Positions 50,136-60,044 of a stretch of DNA of 64,000 bases are shown here, piece by piece. Each line of letters starts with the position of its first letter. The first letter of the stretch is position 1. Both the position numbers and the translations under genes were made by a program. The DNA is from Alphaproteobacteria bacterium. GTDB lineage: Bacteria; Pseudomonadota; Alphaproteobacteria; Caulobacterales; Caulobacteraceae. The notes beneath the pieces are model-generated. The model was not told the DNA's origin. It did not search any database and was given only the letters and a program-made list of their open reading frames with translations. The DNA is taken from assembly GCA_025350685.1 (NCBI GenBank), contig JANXXK010000271.1, forward strand, positions 1,223 to 65,222, written 5' to 3'.

Positions 50136-50652
50136 GCAGCGTCTCGCCAGCCGCAACGCTCATCGCTGCAAAATCGACGATCAGCGGCCTCACGCCCACC
50201 GCGGCCAGGAACCCCTGGAAGCCCGCCCGGTCAATCCCGGTGGTGGCGGTGTTGGTCAGCGGGTGGAAATTCACCCGCTGCGCCTCGGCCAGGGTGCGGT
50301 CGAGCACAAAGGTGACCCGGTGGTCCACATCGTTGATCAGGGCAAAGGCGGTGACCGAGCCGGGCGTGACGCCCAGGGTCTCCTCCATCAGCGCCGCATT
50401 GCCGAACGACAGCCGGGCCGAACCGATGACGTGATGCAGGCGCTTCAGGTCGATGACGGCCGTGTCCTGCGCCGAAACCAGCCACAGCCGGTCCTTGGCG
50501 TCCTTGAGGAATAGGTTCTTTGTATGGGCGCCGGTGATCCCCGCCTTGATCTCCTCGCCTTCGCCGACCCGGAAGACAGCCGGGTGTTCGATCGTCGAAT
50601 GCGCGGCCCCCAGGCCGTCCAGCAGGGCGATCAGATCGGCGCGGGTCTTCAT
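50131..50652 (-). CDS. YbaK/ProX family aminoacyl-tRNA editing protein (ProXp-ala-like)
   Basis: [42 protein letters not shown]. Confidence 0.9.
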   Translation of the reverse strand: MKTRADLIALLDGLGAAHSTIEHPAVFRVGEGEEIKAGITGAHTKNLFLKDAKDRLWLVSAQDTAVIDLKRLHHVIGSARLSFGNAALMEETLGVTPGSVTAFALINDVDHRVTFVLDRTLAEAQRVNFHPLTNTATTGIDRAGFQGFLAAVGVRPLIVDFAAMSVAAGETLR

Positions 50653-50736
50653 GCGCCCGTTTCATAGCCGAACTGGACGCGAAGGCGACCCGCCGCTTTA
50701 AGGTTCCCGACGCCCGCTTCCCTGGAAGGCCGCCTG

Positions 50737-51480
50737 ATGGAACTTGAGTGCTACCCGACCACCGAGCGCCCGCCGGAGATCGTGCCGGGCCGCCAGAGCC
50801 GCGCGTGGATGGACAGCTTCCATTCCCGCCACGCCTACCGCTGCCTGCCGCTGAACATGGCCAACACCTCGGGCTGGGAAATCCTCTGCCCCGTGGCCTT
50901 CACCGCGGAATGGAACGGCGGCATCCGCCAGGAGGACATCACGCTCACCTCCGACTTTCCAAGCCCGGACTTCCACCGGCTGGCGACGAGCCACTTCAGC
51001 CACGGGGTGCTGACCCTGCACCCGGGCTATCTGTTCCGCACGCCGCCCGGGTGGTCGATGATGGCCATGGGCTCGCCCAACCACATCAAGGACGGCATCC
51101 AGGCCCTGGCAGGCGTGATCGAGACCGACTGGCTGCCGTTTCCCTTCACGATGAACTGGCTGTTCACCCGGCCGGGCAAGGTGCGCTTCGAGAAGGGCGA
51201 GCCGTTCTGCTTCATCACGCTCTTGCAGGACAAGCCCCTGCACGAGATCCAGCCGGTGATCCGGCGGATGGATTCCAACCCCGAGCTGCGCAACCAGTAC
51301 GACGTCTGGGAGAAGCACCGATCCGAGTTCAACCAGCGGATCTTCCGCCAGGACCCGGAAGCCACCAAGGAGGCTTGGCAGCGCTACTACTTCAAGGGGG
51401 AGTATCCCGAGGAGATCGCGCCGGCCCGCGAGGACCACGTGAACAAGCGCCGGCTGAAGGAGCCCAGATTCGGACGCTGA
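50737..51480 (+). CDS. DUF6065 family protein
   Basis: RAWMD...AYRCLPLNMANTSGWEILCP, SHFSHGVLT, GYLFRTPPGW, ETDWLPFPFTMNW, FEKGEPFC. Confidence 0.8.
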   Translation: MELECYPTTERPPEIVPGRQSRAWMDSFHSRHAYRCLPLNMANTSGWEILCPVAFTAEWNGGIRQEDITLTSDFPSPDFHRLATSHFSHGVLTLHPGYLFRTPPGWSMMAMGSPNHIKDGIQALAGVIETDWLPFPFTMNWLFTRPGKVRFEKGEPFCFITLLQDKPLHEIQPVIRRMDSNPELRNQYDVWEKHRSEFNQRIFRQDPEATKEAWQRYYFKGEYPEEIAPAREDHVNKRRLKEPRFGR

Positions 51481-51512
51481 ATGTGTCGCGCTCGTCGCGC
51501 TCGATGGGCGCC

Positions 51513-51541
51513 TTGCAAAGGGGGAGGGCGTCTGCCATAAG
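51513..51541 (+). promoter_or_regulatory. sigma70-type promoter of tRNA-Gly
   Basis: TTGCAA-N17-CATAAG, 57 nt before the tRNA. Confidence 0.55.
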
Positions 51542-51598
51542 CCGCCTCTCGAATTTCGGGGGCCCTCCTTTGCTTTGGAGGGGGAGCCTTCGAGGAGC

Positions 51599-51673
51599 GC
51601 GGGCGTAGCTCAGTGGTAGAGCACAACCTTGCCAAGGTTGGGGTCGAGAGTTCGAATCTCTTCGCCCGCTCCA
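51599..51673 (+). tRNA. tRNA-Gly (GCC)
   Basis: GCGGGCG acceptor stem, D arm GCTC/GAGC, anticodon arm CAACC-TTGCCAA-GGTTG, TTCGAAT T-loop, encoded CCA; 75 nt. Confidence 0.99.
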
Positions 51674-51747
51674 AATTTCCGCAGCTAAATTGCTAGATGA
51701 CGCCGGCCGGGGACCTTCCCGGCCGCGCCGCCTATGGGACCCCCGAC

Positions 51748-52314
51748 ATGACCCACGATCCTGCCCTCGAGGCGCATGAGCACGCCGAACACGCCGAACA
51801 CGCGGCCCACGAGCACGACCCGTTCATCAGCCGCGTCTCGATCACCATCGCGGTGCTGGCGGTGCTGGCCGCCTCGGTCGGCTCCCTGGAGACCATCGAG
51901 GCGGGCGGGGCGATCGTCGCCTCCAGCGAAGCCGTGCTCAGCCAGGACAAGGCCACCGACGTCTGGGGCGAGTACCAGGCCGATAGCCTGAAGAAGCACA
52001 TCTATGGCATCGCCGCCGATGCGGGCGGGCCCAAGGCTGCGAAATACGCCGATACGGCCAAGGAGCAGGTCGCCAAACAGGCCGAGGTCAAGAAGCAGGC
52101 GCTGGAGGACGAGGGCGAGCGCGACAAGCTGCTGGCGCAGAGCCGCACGCACGAGCATCGCCACCACTGGCTGACGGCGGCCGCGACCCTCTTGGAGATC
52201 GGCATCGCGATCTGCACCGTTGCGATCATCACCCGGCGCAAGGCGTTCTGGCTGGGCTCCATGGGCCTGGGCCTGGCGGGCCTGGCCCTGTTCGGGGCCG
52301 CCTACCTGCTCTGA
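51748..52314 (+). CDS. DUF4337 family membrane protein with His-rich N-terminus
   Basis: HEHAEHAEHAAHEHD, VSITIAVLAVLAA, KATDVWGEYQA.SLK, LLEIGIAICTVAIIT. Confidence 0.8.
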   Translation: MTHDPALEAHEHAEHAEHAAHEHDPFISRVSITIAVLAVLAASVGSLETIEAGGAIVASSEAVLSQDKATDVWGEYQADSLKKHIYGIAADAGGPKAAKYADTAKEQVAKQAEVKKQALEDEGERDKLLAQSRTHEHRHHWLTAAATLLEIGIAICTVAIITRRKAFWLGSMGLGLAGLALFGAAYLL

Positions 52315-52327
52315 GCCGTCCGCGGTC

Positions 52328-52357
52328 GGGATCCCGGCCTTCGCCGGGATGAGTCGC
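52328..52357. repeat. REP-like palindrome (copy D)
   Basis: gggATCCCGGC-cttc-GCCGGGATgagtcgc between convergent genes. Confidence 0.8.
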
Positions 52358-52364
52358 TACGCGC

Positions 52365-52958
52365 TCACTTGGGCGCCGCCGGGTACTGTATGCGCGGCCT
52401 CAGGCTGTCGGCCACGGCGTGAGCGTCGAAGGCGCGCGGATCGTCGGCGGGCTTCTTGCCCTTGCGGGTGACGATCTCGGCCGAGGCCTCGAAGCTCTCG
52501 ATGGTCTGGACGTCGTAGCGGTCGGCGAAGAAGGGGTCGCCGAAGAACGGGTCCCAGGTGCGCCAGCCGAAGCCGCGGCCGCGGTAGCGCCAGGACGGGC
52601 GCCAATAGCCGAAGCCGGAGCCGTACCAGGGCTGGTAGAATGGGTCGGGCTGGACGTAGGAGCGGGCCTTGGTGTCGGTGCGGCGGTCGACCATGGCGAA
52701 CCAGTCGTCGCCGTTCTGCAGGGTCAGCTCGGCGGCGCGGAACAGCAGGTAGCCCTCGACGGTCTCGCGACTGGTCAGCGAGTTGCCGGAGAAGTTCACC
52801 CGCCAACGGTCGGGCTCCAGGCGCGTCTCCGAATAGCCGCCAGAGGCCGCCTGACCGCGGACGTAAGGCTGGTAGGGTGTGGCGGTCTCGCAGGCCGCGA
52901 GACCTGCGGCGAGAACGAGGGCGGTCGCGAGGGCCGCATGGGTCTTGGACATTGGCAT
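52365..52958 (-). CDS. Conserved Caulobacterales lipoprotein (CC0125/CC1285-like)
   Basis: Lipobox LAAC; ATPYQP, GYSE.RLE.DRWRV.FSGNSLTSRETVE.YLLFRAAELT; aromatic-rich W/F loop. Confidence 0.8.
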   Translation of the reverse strand: MPMSKTHAALATALVLAAGLAACETATPYQPYVRGQAASGGYSETRLEPDRWRVNFSGNSLTSRETVEGYLLFRAAELTLQNGDDWFAMVDRRTDTKARSYVQPDPFYQPWYGSGFGYWRPSWRYRGRGFGWRTWDPFFGDPFFADRYDVQTIESFEASAEIVTRKGKKPADDPRAFDAHAVADSLRPRIQYPAAPK

Positions 52959-53075
52959 GCCTCGAGTTGGAAGCGTCCCTCGTTTCGAACACCTAAACTG
53001 CACAACAGTTCGCCGCAATTGTGGTTGCGTGGTTTCGGCGGCCTTATTGTGAATGTCGCATCGGGCGGCGAAGGT

Positions 53076-53483
53076 TCAAGCGCCGCCGGTGGCGAGGCTG
53101 TAGACGATCTTCCCCAGTGCGCCGAACAGCAGCACCGCCACCGCGACCGACTGGATCATGAACCCCGGTCCGCGCTTGGCCGCGTCGGCGGCGTAGCCCA
53201 GAGCGTAAAGGATGCGTCCGACGATCCAGACCGCGCCAAGGGCGGCGGCGACCATCTCGTTCCAGTAGATCGCGAACAGCCACAATGACACCAGGAAGAT
53301 CGGGAGCCATTCCAGGGTGTTGTAGTGAGCGCGGATGGTGCGTTCGAGCAGCGGGTCGCCGGTCATCGCCGGCGCCTGGATGCCGCACTTGTTGCGCGCG
53401 ACCGGCACCCGCGTGCTCATCCAGAAATAGGTCAGAAGCGCCAAAAGCGTGACCAAGGCCACCCAGCGGTGCTGCATCATCAT
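53076..53483 (-). CDS. MAPEG family membrane protein
   Basis: APAMTGDP..ERTIRAHYNTLEWLPIFL, WIVGRILYALGY. Confidence 0.9.
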   Translation of the reverse strand: MMMQHRWVALVTLLALLTYFWMSTRVPVARNKCGIQAPAMTGDPLLERTIRAHYNTLEWLPIFLVSLWLFAIYWNEMVAAALGAVWIVGRILYALGYAADAAKRGPGFMIQSVAVAVLLFGALGKIVYSLATGGA

Positions 53484-53628
53484 TTGGTTTCCCCCCGAAA
53501 CGGCGAACCTGCGCTCGCCCTGGCGGCAGATTGGCACGTATCGGGGGTGATCGGGAACCGCCTAGTGTGGTGGTTCTGAAGTTCGTCGGAGCCCGCCACA
53601 AGCGCATGCGAACCTGGCAATCGGGACA

Positions 53629-54870
53629 CTAGGCGGATTTGGCTTTCAGCCGCTTGTCGCGCTTGGCGGCGACCCTCAGGCGCAGCGCATTGAGCTTGAT
53701 GAAGCCGGTGGCGTCGCGGTGGTCATAGGCGACCTTGCCCTCCTCGAAGGTGACCAGGTCCTGGTCGTACAGCGAGTAGGGGCTGGTGCGGCCGATGATC
53801 GAAACATTGCCCTTATAGAGCTTCACCCGCACCTGGCCGGCGACCATGGCCTGCGAGTGGTCGATAGCCGCCTGCAGCATCTCGCGCTCCGGCGTGAACC
53901 AGAAGCCATTGTAGATGAGCTCCGCATAGCGTGGCATCAGCTCGTCCTTCAGGTGCATGGAGCCCCGGTCCAAGGTGATCGATTCAATGCCGCGGTGGGC
54001 GGCCAGCAGGATCGTGCCGCCGGGAGTCTCGTAGACACCGCGCGACTTCATGCCGACGTAGCGGTTCTCCACCAGGTCGAGCCGGCCGACACCGTTGTCG
54101 TGGCCAAGCTCGTTCAGCCGGGTGAGCAGGGTCGCCGGACTCATCTTCACGCCGTCGATGGCGACAGGATCGCCCTTCTCGAAGTCCATCGTGAAGACGC
54201 TGGCCACATCCGGGGCGTCCTCGGGGGCGATCGTGCGCATGTGCACGAATTCCGGCGCCTCGACGGCGGGGTCCTCGAGCACCTTGCCCTCGGAGGAGGA
54301 GTGCAACAGGTTGGCGTCGACGCTGAACGGCGCTTCGCCGAGCTTGTCCTTGGTGATCGGGATCTGGTGCTGCTCGGCGAACTCCAGCAGGGCCTCGCGG
54401 GACTTGAAGTCCCACTCGCGCCAGGGCGCCACCACCCGGATGTCGGGCTCCAGGGCGTAGTAGGCGACCTCGTAGCGGACCTGGTCGTTGCCTTTGCCGG
54501 TAGAGCCGTGGCTGACGGCGTCGGCGCCGACTCGGCGCGCGATCTCGATCTGCTTCTTCGCGATCAGCGGTCGCGCGATCGACGTGCCCAGGAGATACTG
54601 ACCCTCATAGACGGTGTTGGCGCGGAACATCGGGAAGACGAAGTCGCGGACGAATTCCTCGCGCACGTCCTCGACGAAGGCGTTCTCCGGCTTGACGCCG
54701 AGGCTGATCGCTTTTTGCCGCGCGGGCTCGACCTCCTCGCCCTGGCCGAGGTCAGCGGTGAAGGTCACCACCTCGGCGCCGAGCTCGGTCTGCAGCCACT
54801 TGACGATGGTGGACGAGTCCAACCCGCCGGAATAGGCGAGGACGACTTTCTTGACGGGCGTGTCGGCCAT
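53629..54870 (-). CDS. argG: Argininosuccinate synthase
   Basis: [49 protein letters not shown]. Confidence 0.99.
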   Translation of the reverse strand: MADTPVKKVVLAYSGGLDSSTIVKWLQTELGAEVVTFTADLGQGEEVEPARQKAISLGVKPENAFVEDVREEFVRDFVFPMFRANTVYEGQYLLGTSIARPLIAKKQIEIARRVGADAVSHGSTGKGNDQVRYEVAYYALEPDIRVVAPWREWDFKSREALLEFAEQHQIPITKDKLGEAPFSVDANLLHSSSEGKVLEDPAVEAPEFVHMRTIAPEDAPDVASVFTMDFEKGDPVAIDGVKMSPATLLTRLNELGHDNGVGRLDLVENRYVGMKSRGVYETPGGTILLAAHRGIESITLDRGSMHLKDELMPRYAELIYNGFWFTPEREMLQAAIDHSQAMVAGQVRVKLYKGNVSIIGRTSPYSLYDQDLVTFEEGKVAYDHRDATGFIKLNALRLRVAAKRDKRLKAKSA

Positions 54871-54954
54871 GGGGCGGCGGGGTCCTGATCGAGATGGAGA
54901 TAGGTCGCGCGCCTTAAAGGGCCAATGCGACGGCTTTTCAAGGAGATTGGGTGT

Positions 54955-55287
54955 TCAAGGCCGAAGCGCGTCGGCCACCCATCGCAGGTGGACCAGCGCC
55001 AGCAGCGGGGCGGAAACCGCGCGCACGCCGAACAGCAGGATCGCGGCCTCGTTGTCGACGCCGCGGGCCTGCAGGGCGAGCCAGATGCTGAGCGCGAAGC
55101 TGGCCATCGGCAGCAGCCAGAAGGCCAGTTCGCGGCGCGCCAGGCCGCCGAGGAAGCGGACGCTCGGACGGTTCCGTGTCTGCTGCCAGGCGCGTCGCGA
55201 GGCCGAGAACATCAGGGCGAGGGTGAGCACCCAGAGCGCGTCGCCGGCGTAGCCGCAGAGCGCCGTCCAGGAGACGGATCCCAGCAC
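54955..55287 (-). CDS. Small hypothetical membrane protein (3 TM)
   Basis: 110 aa, starts 3 nt after the kup stop; hydrophobic segments. Confidence 0.65.
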   Translation of the reverse strand: MLGSVSWTALCGYAGDALWVLTLALMFSASRRAWQQTRNRPSVRFLGGLARRELAFWLLPMASFALSIWLALQARGVDNEAAILLFGVRAVSAPLLALVHLRWVADALRP

Positions 55288-55290
55288 GAG

Positions 55291-57207
55291 CTAGATCGTC
55301 ACCTGCGTGCCGAGCTCCACCACCCGACCCGGCGGGATCTTGTAGAAGTCGGTGGGGTTGGCAGCGTTTTTCATCAGGAAAATGAACAGCTTATCTTGCC
55401 AAAGGGGCATGCCCGACTGGGCCGACGGCACCACCGAGCGGCGACCAAGGAAGAAGCTCGTGGCCATGATGTCGAACTTCAAGCCCAGCTTGCGGCACAG
55501 GCCCAGCGCTTTGGGCAGGTTCGGGCTCTCCATGAAGCCGTAGGTGATGATCAGCTTCTTGAAGTCGTCGTTGACCGGCTCGATGCGCACTCTGTCGGCC
55601 TCGCGCACCCGGGGCGTCTCGGCGGTTTCGATGGTCAGCACGACGTTCTTTTCGTGCAGCACCTTGTTGTGTTTGAGGTTGTGCATCAGCGCCACCGGCG
55701 CGGTGTCCGGGTCGCTGGTCAGGAAGATCGCGGTGCCGGGGACACGGTGCGCGCCCCGCCCCCTGAGGATTTCGGAGAGATCCAGCAAGGGCACGCTGTC
55801 GCGGCGGACCTTGTCGGTAAGGATCTGCGTCCCGCGGCTCCAGGTCCACATGATCACCACCAGGGCGGCGCCAAACGACAGCGGGAACCAGCCACCCTCG
55901 ACGACTTTGACCAGGTTCGCGCCCAGGAAGCTCAGGTCGATAAACAGGAGCGGAATGGCGTAGGCGAGCACACCCGCGAGGCTCCACTTCCAGAACCGCC
56001 GCGCGACGACGGTTTCCAGCAGCACCGTGATCACCATCGTGCCCGTGACCGCGATCCCGTAGGCCGAGGCCATGTTGTCGGAGGTCCGGAACAGCACTAG
56101 CAGCACCAAGACCCCGATCATCAACATCCGGTTGACCGACGGCACGAAAATCTGGCCGGCGACGGTTTCGCTGGTCCGGCGGATATCGATCCGCGGCAGC
56201 AGCCCAAGCTGCACCGCCTGCTGGGTCATGGAGAAGGCGCCGGTGATCACCGCCTGGCTGGCGATCACCGTCGCGACGATCGTAAGCAGAAGTATCGGCC
56301 AATAGGCGAAGTGGGGGATGATGGCGAAGAACGGGTCCTTGGCGGCCTCCGGATGGGTCAGGACCAGCGCCCCTTGGCCGAAGTACTGCAGCGTCAGGCA
56401 AGGCAGCGCCAGACAAAGCCAAGCCAGCCGGATCGGGGTTCTACCGAAATGGCCCATGTCGGCGTAGAGCGCCTCGGCCCCGGTGACAGCCAGGAACACG
56501 CTGCCCAGGATGACGAACCCCAGGATGCCATTGTTCACCAGCAGGTGCACCCCGTAGTAGGGACTGAGCCCCTTCAGCACCACCGGCGCCTCGACGATGT
56601 GAGCCACCCCCAGAACGCCGAGCAGGAGGAACCAGACCACCATGATCGGGCCGAAGAACCGCCCGACGCTGGCGGTGCCGCGCGACTGGGCCATGAAAAG
56701 GCCGACGAGGACCGCGGCGGCGGAGAACAGGATGGTGGTGGGCGTGAAGAAGCGGCCGACGTCGGGGGCATCCTTCAGGAGCTCGACCGCTGAGAGCACC
56801 GAGACCGCAGGCGTGATCAGGCCGTCGCCGTAGAACAGGGCGGCGCCGCAGACGCCCAGCATGAAAACCATCGTCGAGCGGCGGCCGAGCGCGCGCTGGG
56901 CCAGCGCCATCAGCGCCAGCGTGCCGCCCTCGCCCTTGTTGTCCGCGCGCATGACGAAGATCACGTACTTGATCGTCACCACGATGATCAGCGCCCAGAA
57001 GATCAGGGAGACCACGCCCAGCACGGCGACGTCGCTAGGGCCGCCTCGGATGTGGCTGAGCGCCGCGCGCATGGCGTAGAGCGGGCTCGTGCCGATGTCG
57101 CCGAAGACGACGCCGACCGACCCGATGGCGAGCGCCCAGAGTCCCTGCTTGCGGGAGGGATGCGACTCCTCCGACGCCTCCAGGGCGCCGCCGGCCGGAT
57201 CAGCCAT
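55291..57207 (-). CDS. kup: KUP/HAK potassium transporter
   Basis: GVVFGDIGTSPLY, ADNKGEGG, YGDGLITPAVSV, TGAEALYADMGHFG, MASAYGIAV. Confidence 0.98.
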   Translation of the reverse strand: MADPAGGALEASEESHPSRKQGLWALAIGSVGVVFGDIGTSPLYAMRAALSHIRGGPSDVAVLGVVSLIFWALIIVVTIKYVIFVMRADNKGEGGTLALMALAQRALGRRSTMVFMLGVCGAALFYGDGLITPAVSVLSAVELLKDAPDVGRFFTPTTILFSAAAVLVGLFMAQSRGTASVGRFFGPIMVVWFLLLGVLGVAHIVEAPVVLKGLSPYYGVHLLVNNGILGFVILGSVFLAVTGAEALYADMGHFGRTPIRLAWLCLALPCLTLQYFGQGALVLTHPEAAKDPFFAIIPHFAYWPILLLTIVATVIASQAVITGAFSMTQQAVQLGLLPRIDIRRTSETVAGQIFVPSVNRMLMIGVLVLLVLFRTSDNMASAYGIAVTGTMVITVLLETVVARRFWKWSLAGVLAYAIPLLFIDLSFLGANLVKVVEGGWFPLSFGAALVVIMWTWSRGTQILTDKVRRDSVPLLDLSEILRGRGAHRVPGTAIFLTSDPDTAPVALMHNLKHNKVLHEKNVVLTIETAETPRVREADRVRIEPVNDDFKKLIITYGFMESPNLPKALGLCRKLGLKFDIMATSFFLGRRSVVPSAQSGMPLWQDKLFIFLMKNAANPTDFYKIPPGRVVELGTQVTI

Positions 57208-57393
57208 CCAAAATCTCCGGGAACCTAGACGCGGGTCCCTTTGGGCGGCCCGATGCCGTCTGCGGCGGGCGCGATACACCCAATCCGGACCCCGTTCAAT
57301 GGCGGTGCTGCGCCGCACAACGCGGGGTGGCGCGGCTTTTCCTTGAACGCCCGCGCCCGGGCCCTAGGTTCGCGGACGGACGAGGAGGGCTGA

Positions 57394-58194
57394 ATGGACC
57401 GCAGACTGGCGCTGGTGACGGGCACCTCGGCCGGCATCGGGGCGGCGTTCGCCCGCATCCTGGCGAGCCACGGCTACGATCTGGCGCTGACCGCCCGGCG
57501 CACCGACCGGCTGGACACCCTGGCCGAGGAGATCTCGCTGCGCTTCGGCGTCGAGGCGTTGACCGTCACCGCCGACCTGGCCGAGCCCGAGGCGCCGGGC
57601 CAGATCCTCGACCAGCTGACCGCCCACGGCCGCACGGTCGATGCCCTGATCAACAACGCCGGCTATGGCCTGACCGGGACCTATGGCGAGACGCGCTGGG
57701 AGGACCAGAAGGCCTTCATCCAGGTGATGATGACCGCGCCGGCCGAGCTGGCGCACCGGGTGCTGCCGGGCATGGTCCATCGCCGCTTCGGCCGGATCGT
57801 CAATGTGGCCTCGCTGGCGGGCCTGCTGCCCGGCTCGGCCGGCCACACGCTCTACGGCGCGACCAAGGCCTTCATGGTCCGCTTCTCGCAGAGCCTGCAT
57901 CTGGAGGCCGAGGCGAGCGGGGTGCACGTGAGCGCGCTCTGCCCCGGCTTTACCTACTCCGAGTTCCATGACGTCAACGGCACCCGCGCCCAGCTCAGCC
58001 AGACGACCCCACCCTGGCTCTGGTTGGGGGCCGACGAGGTGGCCGCGGCCGGCTACGAGGCGGTGGAGGCCAACCGGGCAATCTGCGTGCCCGGCGCGCC
58101 GAACAAGGCGATCGCGGCGATCACCAAGCTGATCCCCGACGAATGGGCGCTGGCGCTGATCGCCTCCCAGGGCCCGCGGTTCCGCAAGGTCTGA
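57394..58194 (+). CDS. Short-chain dehydrogenase/reductase
   Basis: TGTSAGIG, NNAG, YGATK (YxxxK), LCPG. Confidence 0.93.
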   Translation: MDRRLALVTGTSAGIGAAFARILASHGYDLALTARRTDRLDTLAEEISLRFGVEALTVTADLAEPEAPGQILDQLTAHGRTVDALINNAGYGLTGTYGETRWEDQKAFIQVMMTAPAELAHRVLPGMVHRRFGRIVNVASLAGLLPGSAGHTLYGATKAFMVRFSQSLHLEAEASGVHVSALCPGFTYSEFHDVNGTRAQLSQTTPPWLWLGADEVAAAGYEAVEANRAICVPGAPNKAIAAITKLIPDEWALALIASQGPRFRKV

Positions 58195-58195
58195 C

Positions 58196-58882
58196 CTATG
58201 TGGCGTAGGGCGCGGCGGCCTCGGGGCGGATCAGGCCGTGGGTGGAATCGGCGACGCCGGCCAGCAGGAACTGCACGGCCATGGCGCAGAGGATCAGGCC
58301 CAGCACGCGCACGATGATCGACAGGCCGATCTTGCCCAGGAGCTTGCTGATCAACGGGGTGGCCAGGAAGGCCAGCAGGGTGGCGAGGGAGACGGCCAGG
58401 ATCGCGCCGATGCCCATGGCGGCGCCGGGCAGGCCCAGCCCCTTGGCCTGGCTGGCGTAGATGATCACCGTCGAGATCGCGCCCGGCCCGATCAACAGCG
58501 GCATGGCGAAGGGCACGATCATCTGCTCCACCCGGCGGCGGACATAGGTGCGCTTGTCGCCGGCCTTGGCCTCGGCGGCGTCGGCGAAGCTGGAGGTGAA
58601 GTCGTCGCCGACCATCTTCAGGCCGAGGATGAACAGGATCACCCCGCCGGCGATGCGGAAGGCCGGCAGCGAGATGCCGAAGAAGGTCAGCAGGCTAAGG
58701 CCCGAGAAATAGAAGAAGGTGAGGAATCCGGCGACGAAGATGGAGATCACCAGGGCGATCTGCGCGCGTTCGCGGGCGCTGGCGCCTACCGTCGAGGCGG
58801 CGAACACCGGAACATTGCCCACCGGGTCGAGCAGGGCGAACAGCGCCACGAAGAAGTTGACCGCGAAGTCCCAATGGATCAT
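58196..58882 (-). CDS. MarC family membrane protein
   Basis: FALLDPVGNVP, FRIAGG, PFAMPLLIGPGAIS, RVLGLIL. Confidence 0.92.
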   Translation of the reverse strand: MIHWDFAVNFFVALFALLDPVGNVPVFAASTVGASARERAQIALVISIFVAGFLTFFYFSGLSLLTFFGISLPAFRIAGGVILFILGLKMVGDDFTSSFADAAEAKAGDKRTYVRRRVEQMIVPFAMPLLIGPGAISTVIIYASQAKGLGLPGAAMGIGAILAVSLATLLAFLATPLISKLLGKIGLSIIVRVLGLILCAMAVQFLLAGVADSTHGLIRPEAAAPYAT

Positions 58883-58957
58883 CCACGCGTCTTAGCCCAA
58901 ATCGCTGCGCGCGCCGAACTCCTCGGCTGGCGCGTTCGCTTGCCCGGAGCCCGCGTC

Positions 58958-59698
58958 ATGGCCGCCGCCGCCCCCACCATTCTGGCAAATACGGCCCAGC
59001 CCCCCGTCAAAGCCGACGCCCGCCTGATCGTGCCGCTGGACGTGCCGACGGTGGAGGAGGCCCGGGCCATGGTGGCGGCGCTGGGCGATGCGGTCAGCTT
59101 CTACAAGGTCGGCCTGGAACTCTTCGCCACCGACGGCATGACGCTGGCCCGCGAGCTGAAGGCTGGGGGCAAGCAGGTTTTCCTCGACTGGAAGCTGCAC
59201 GACATCGGCACGACGGTGCAGCGGGCGGCGGCGGCCATCGCCCAGTCCGGGTGCGACTTCATCACCGTTCACGGCGAGCCGCAGGTGATGGCCTCGGCGG
59301 TGCGCGGGCGCGGCGCATCAAGCCTGAAGATCTTGGCGGTGACCGTGCTGACCAGCCTGGGCGACGAGGACCTGCATGAGATGGGCTATGCCGAGACCGC
59401 TCGCGCCCTGGTCGAGCGGCGCATCCACCAAGCGATCGCGGCAGGCTGCGACGGGGTGATCTCCAGCCCGCACGAGGCGGAACTGGCCCGCGCGCTGGGC
59501 GGTCGCGACTTCTTGGTCGTCACGCCCGGCGTACGACCGTCCTGGTCGGCGAAGAATGACCAGGCCCGCGCGGCGACCCCGCTCGACGCCCTGAAGGCCG
59601 GCGCTTCGCACATCGTCTGCGGCCGCCCGATCACCGGCGCCAACGACCCGCAGGCCGCGGCTTTGCGCGTCGCCGCAGAGATGGCCCAGGCCGGCTAG
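58958..59698 (+). CDS. pyrF: Orotidine-5'-phosphate decarboxylase
   Basis: LIVPLD, YKVG, FLDWKLHDIGTTV, VTVLTS, VTPGVR, VCGRPIT. Confidence 0.98.
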   Translation: MAAAAPTILANTAQPPVKADARLIVPLDVPTVEEARAMVAALGDAVSFYKVGLELFATDGMTLARELKAGGKQVFLDWKLHDIGTTVQRAAAAIAQSGCDFITVHGEPQVMASAVRGRGASSLKILAVTVLTSLGDEDLHEMGYAETARALVERRIHQAIAAGCDGVISSPHEAELARALGGRDFLVVTPGVRPSWSAKNDQARAATPLDALKAGASHIVCGRPITGANDPQAAALRVAAEMAQAG

Positions 59699-59889
59699 AA
59701 GTCGCTGGCGATGCCCTTGCGCTCCCAGTCACCGTAGCGCGTGGGCTCCAGGCCCTTGGGGCCGCCCTGTTCGGGGACAGCTTCCTTGGCCTCGGCGGTC
59801 GAGCGTCGGGCCTCGGCCTCTTCCAGAGCGCGCAGGGCAGCTGGGGTCAGCGGCTTTCCCGGGGCGGTGTTTGGCGGCGTCTCGTCCAT
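59695..59889 (-). CDS. DUF1674 / SdhAF4-like small protein
   Basis: EQGGPKGLEPTRYGDWERKGIASDF. Confidence 0.92.
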   Translation of the reverse strand: MDETPPNTAPGKPLTPAALRALEEAEARRSTAEAKEAVPEQGGPKGLEPTRYGDWERKGIASDF

Positions 59890-60044
59890 GGCCGAGATTT
59901 AGGCGTCCCGGCCCGGGAGGCCAAGCGTTGCGGAGTCTCGCAACCCCAGCCTCTCAGCCCTTCGCCGGTTAAACAACCTTCATAGCTTCGACGCTTGGCC
60001 GCTACCCACTTGCGCTGGCGGCCCGATAAGGGCACGCCGCGCCG

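Noticed and set aside
51599-52400. tRNA-Gly as a genomic-island or prophage attachment site
   Set aside because: No integrase, no duplicated tRNA 3' end and no compositional break downstream; only a GC hairpin and ordinary genes follow.
53525-53545. sigma54 promoter (TTGGCAC)
   Set aside because: No TTGC at the -12 position, and it is on the opposite strand to the flanking genes.
53629-54870. Degenerate argG (SGGLDSS instead of SGGLDTS; VRYE instead of VRFE)
   Set aside because: Conservative substitutions in a full-length, otherwise intact enzyme.
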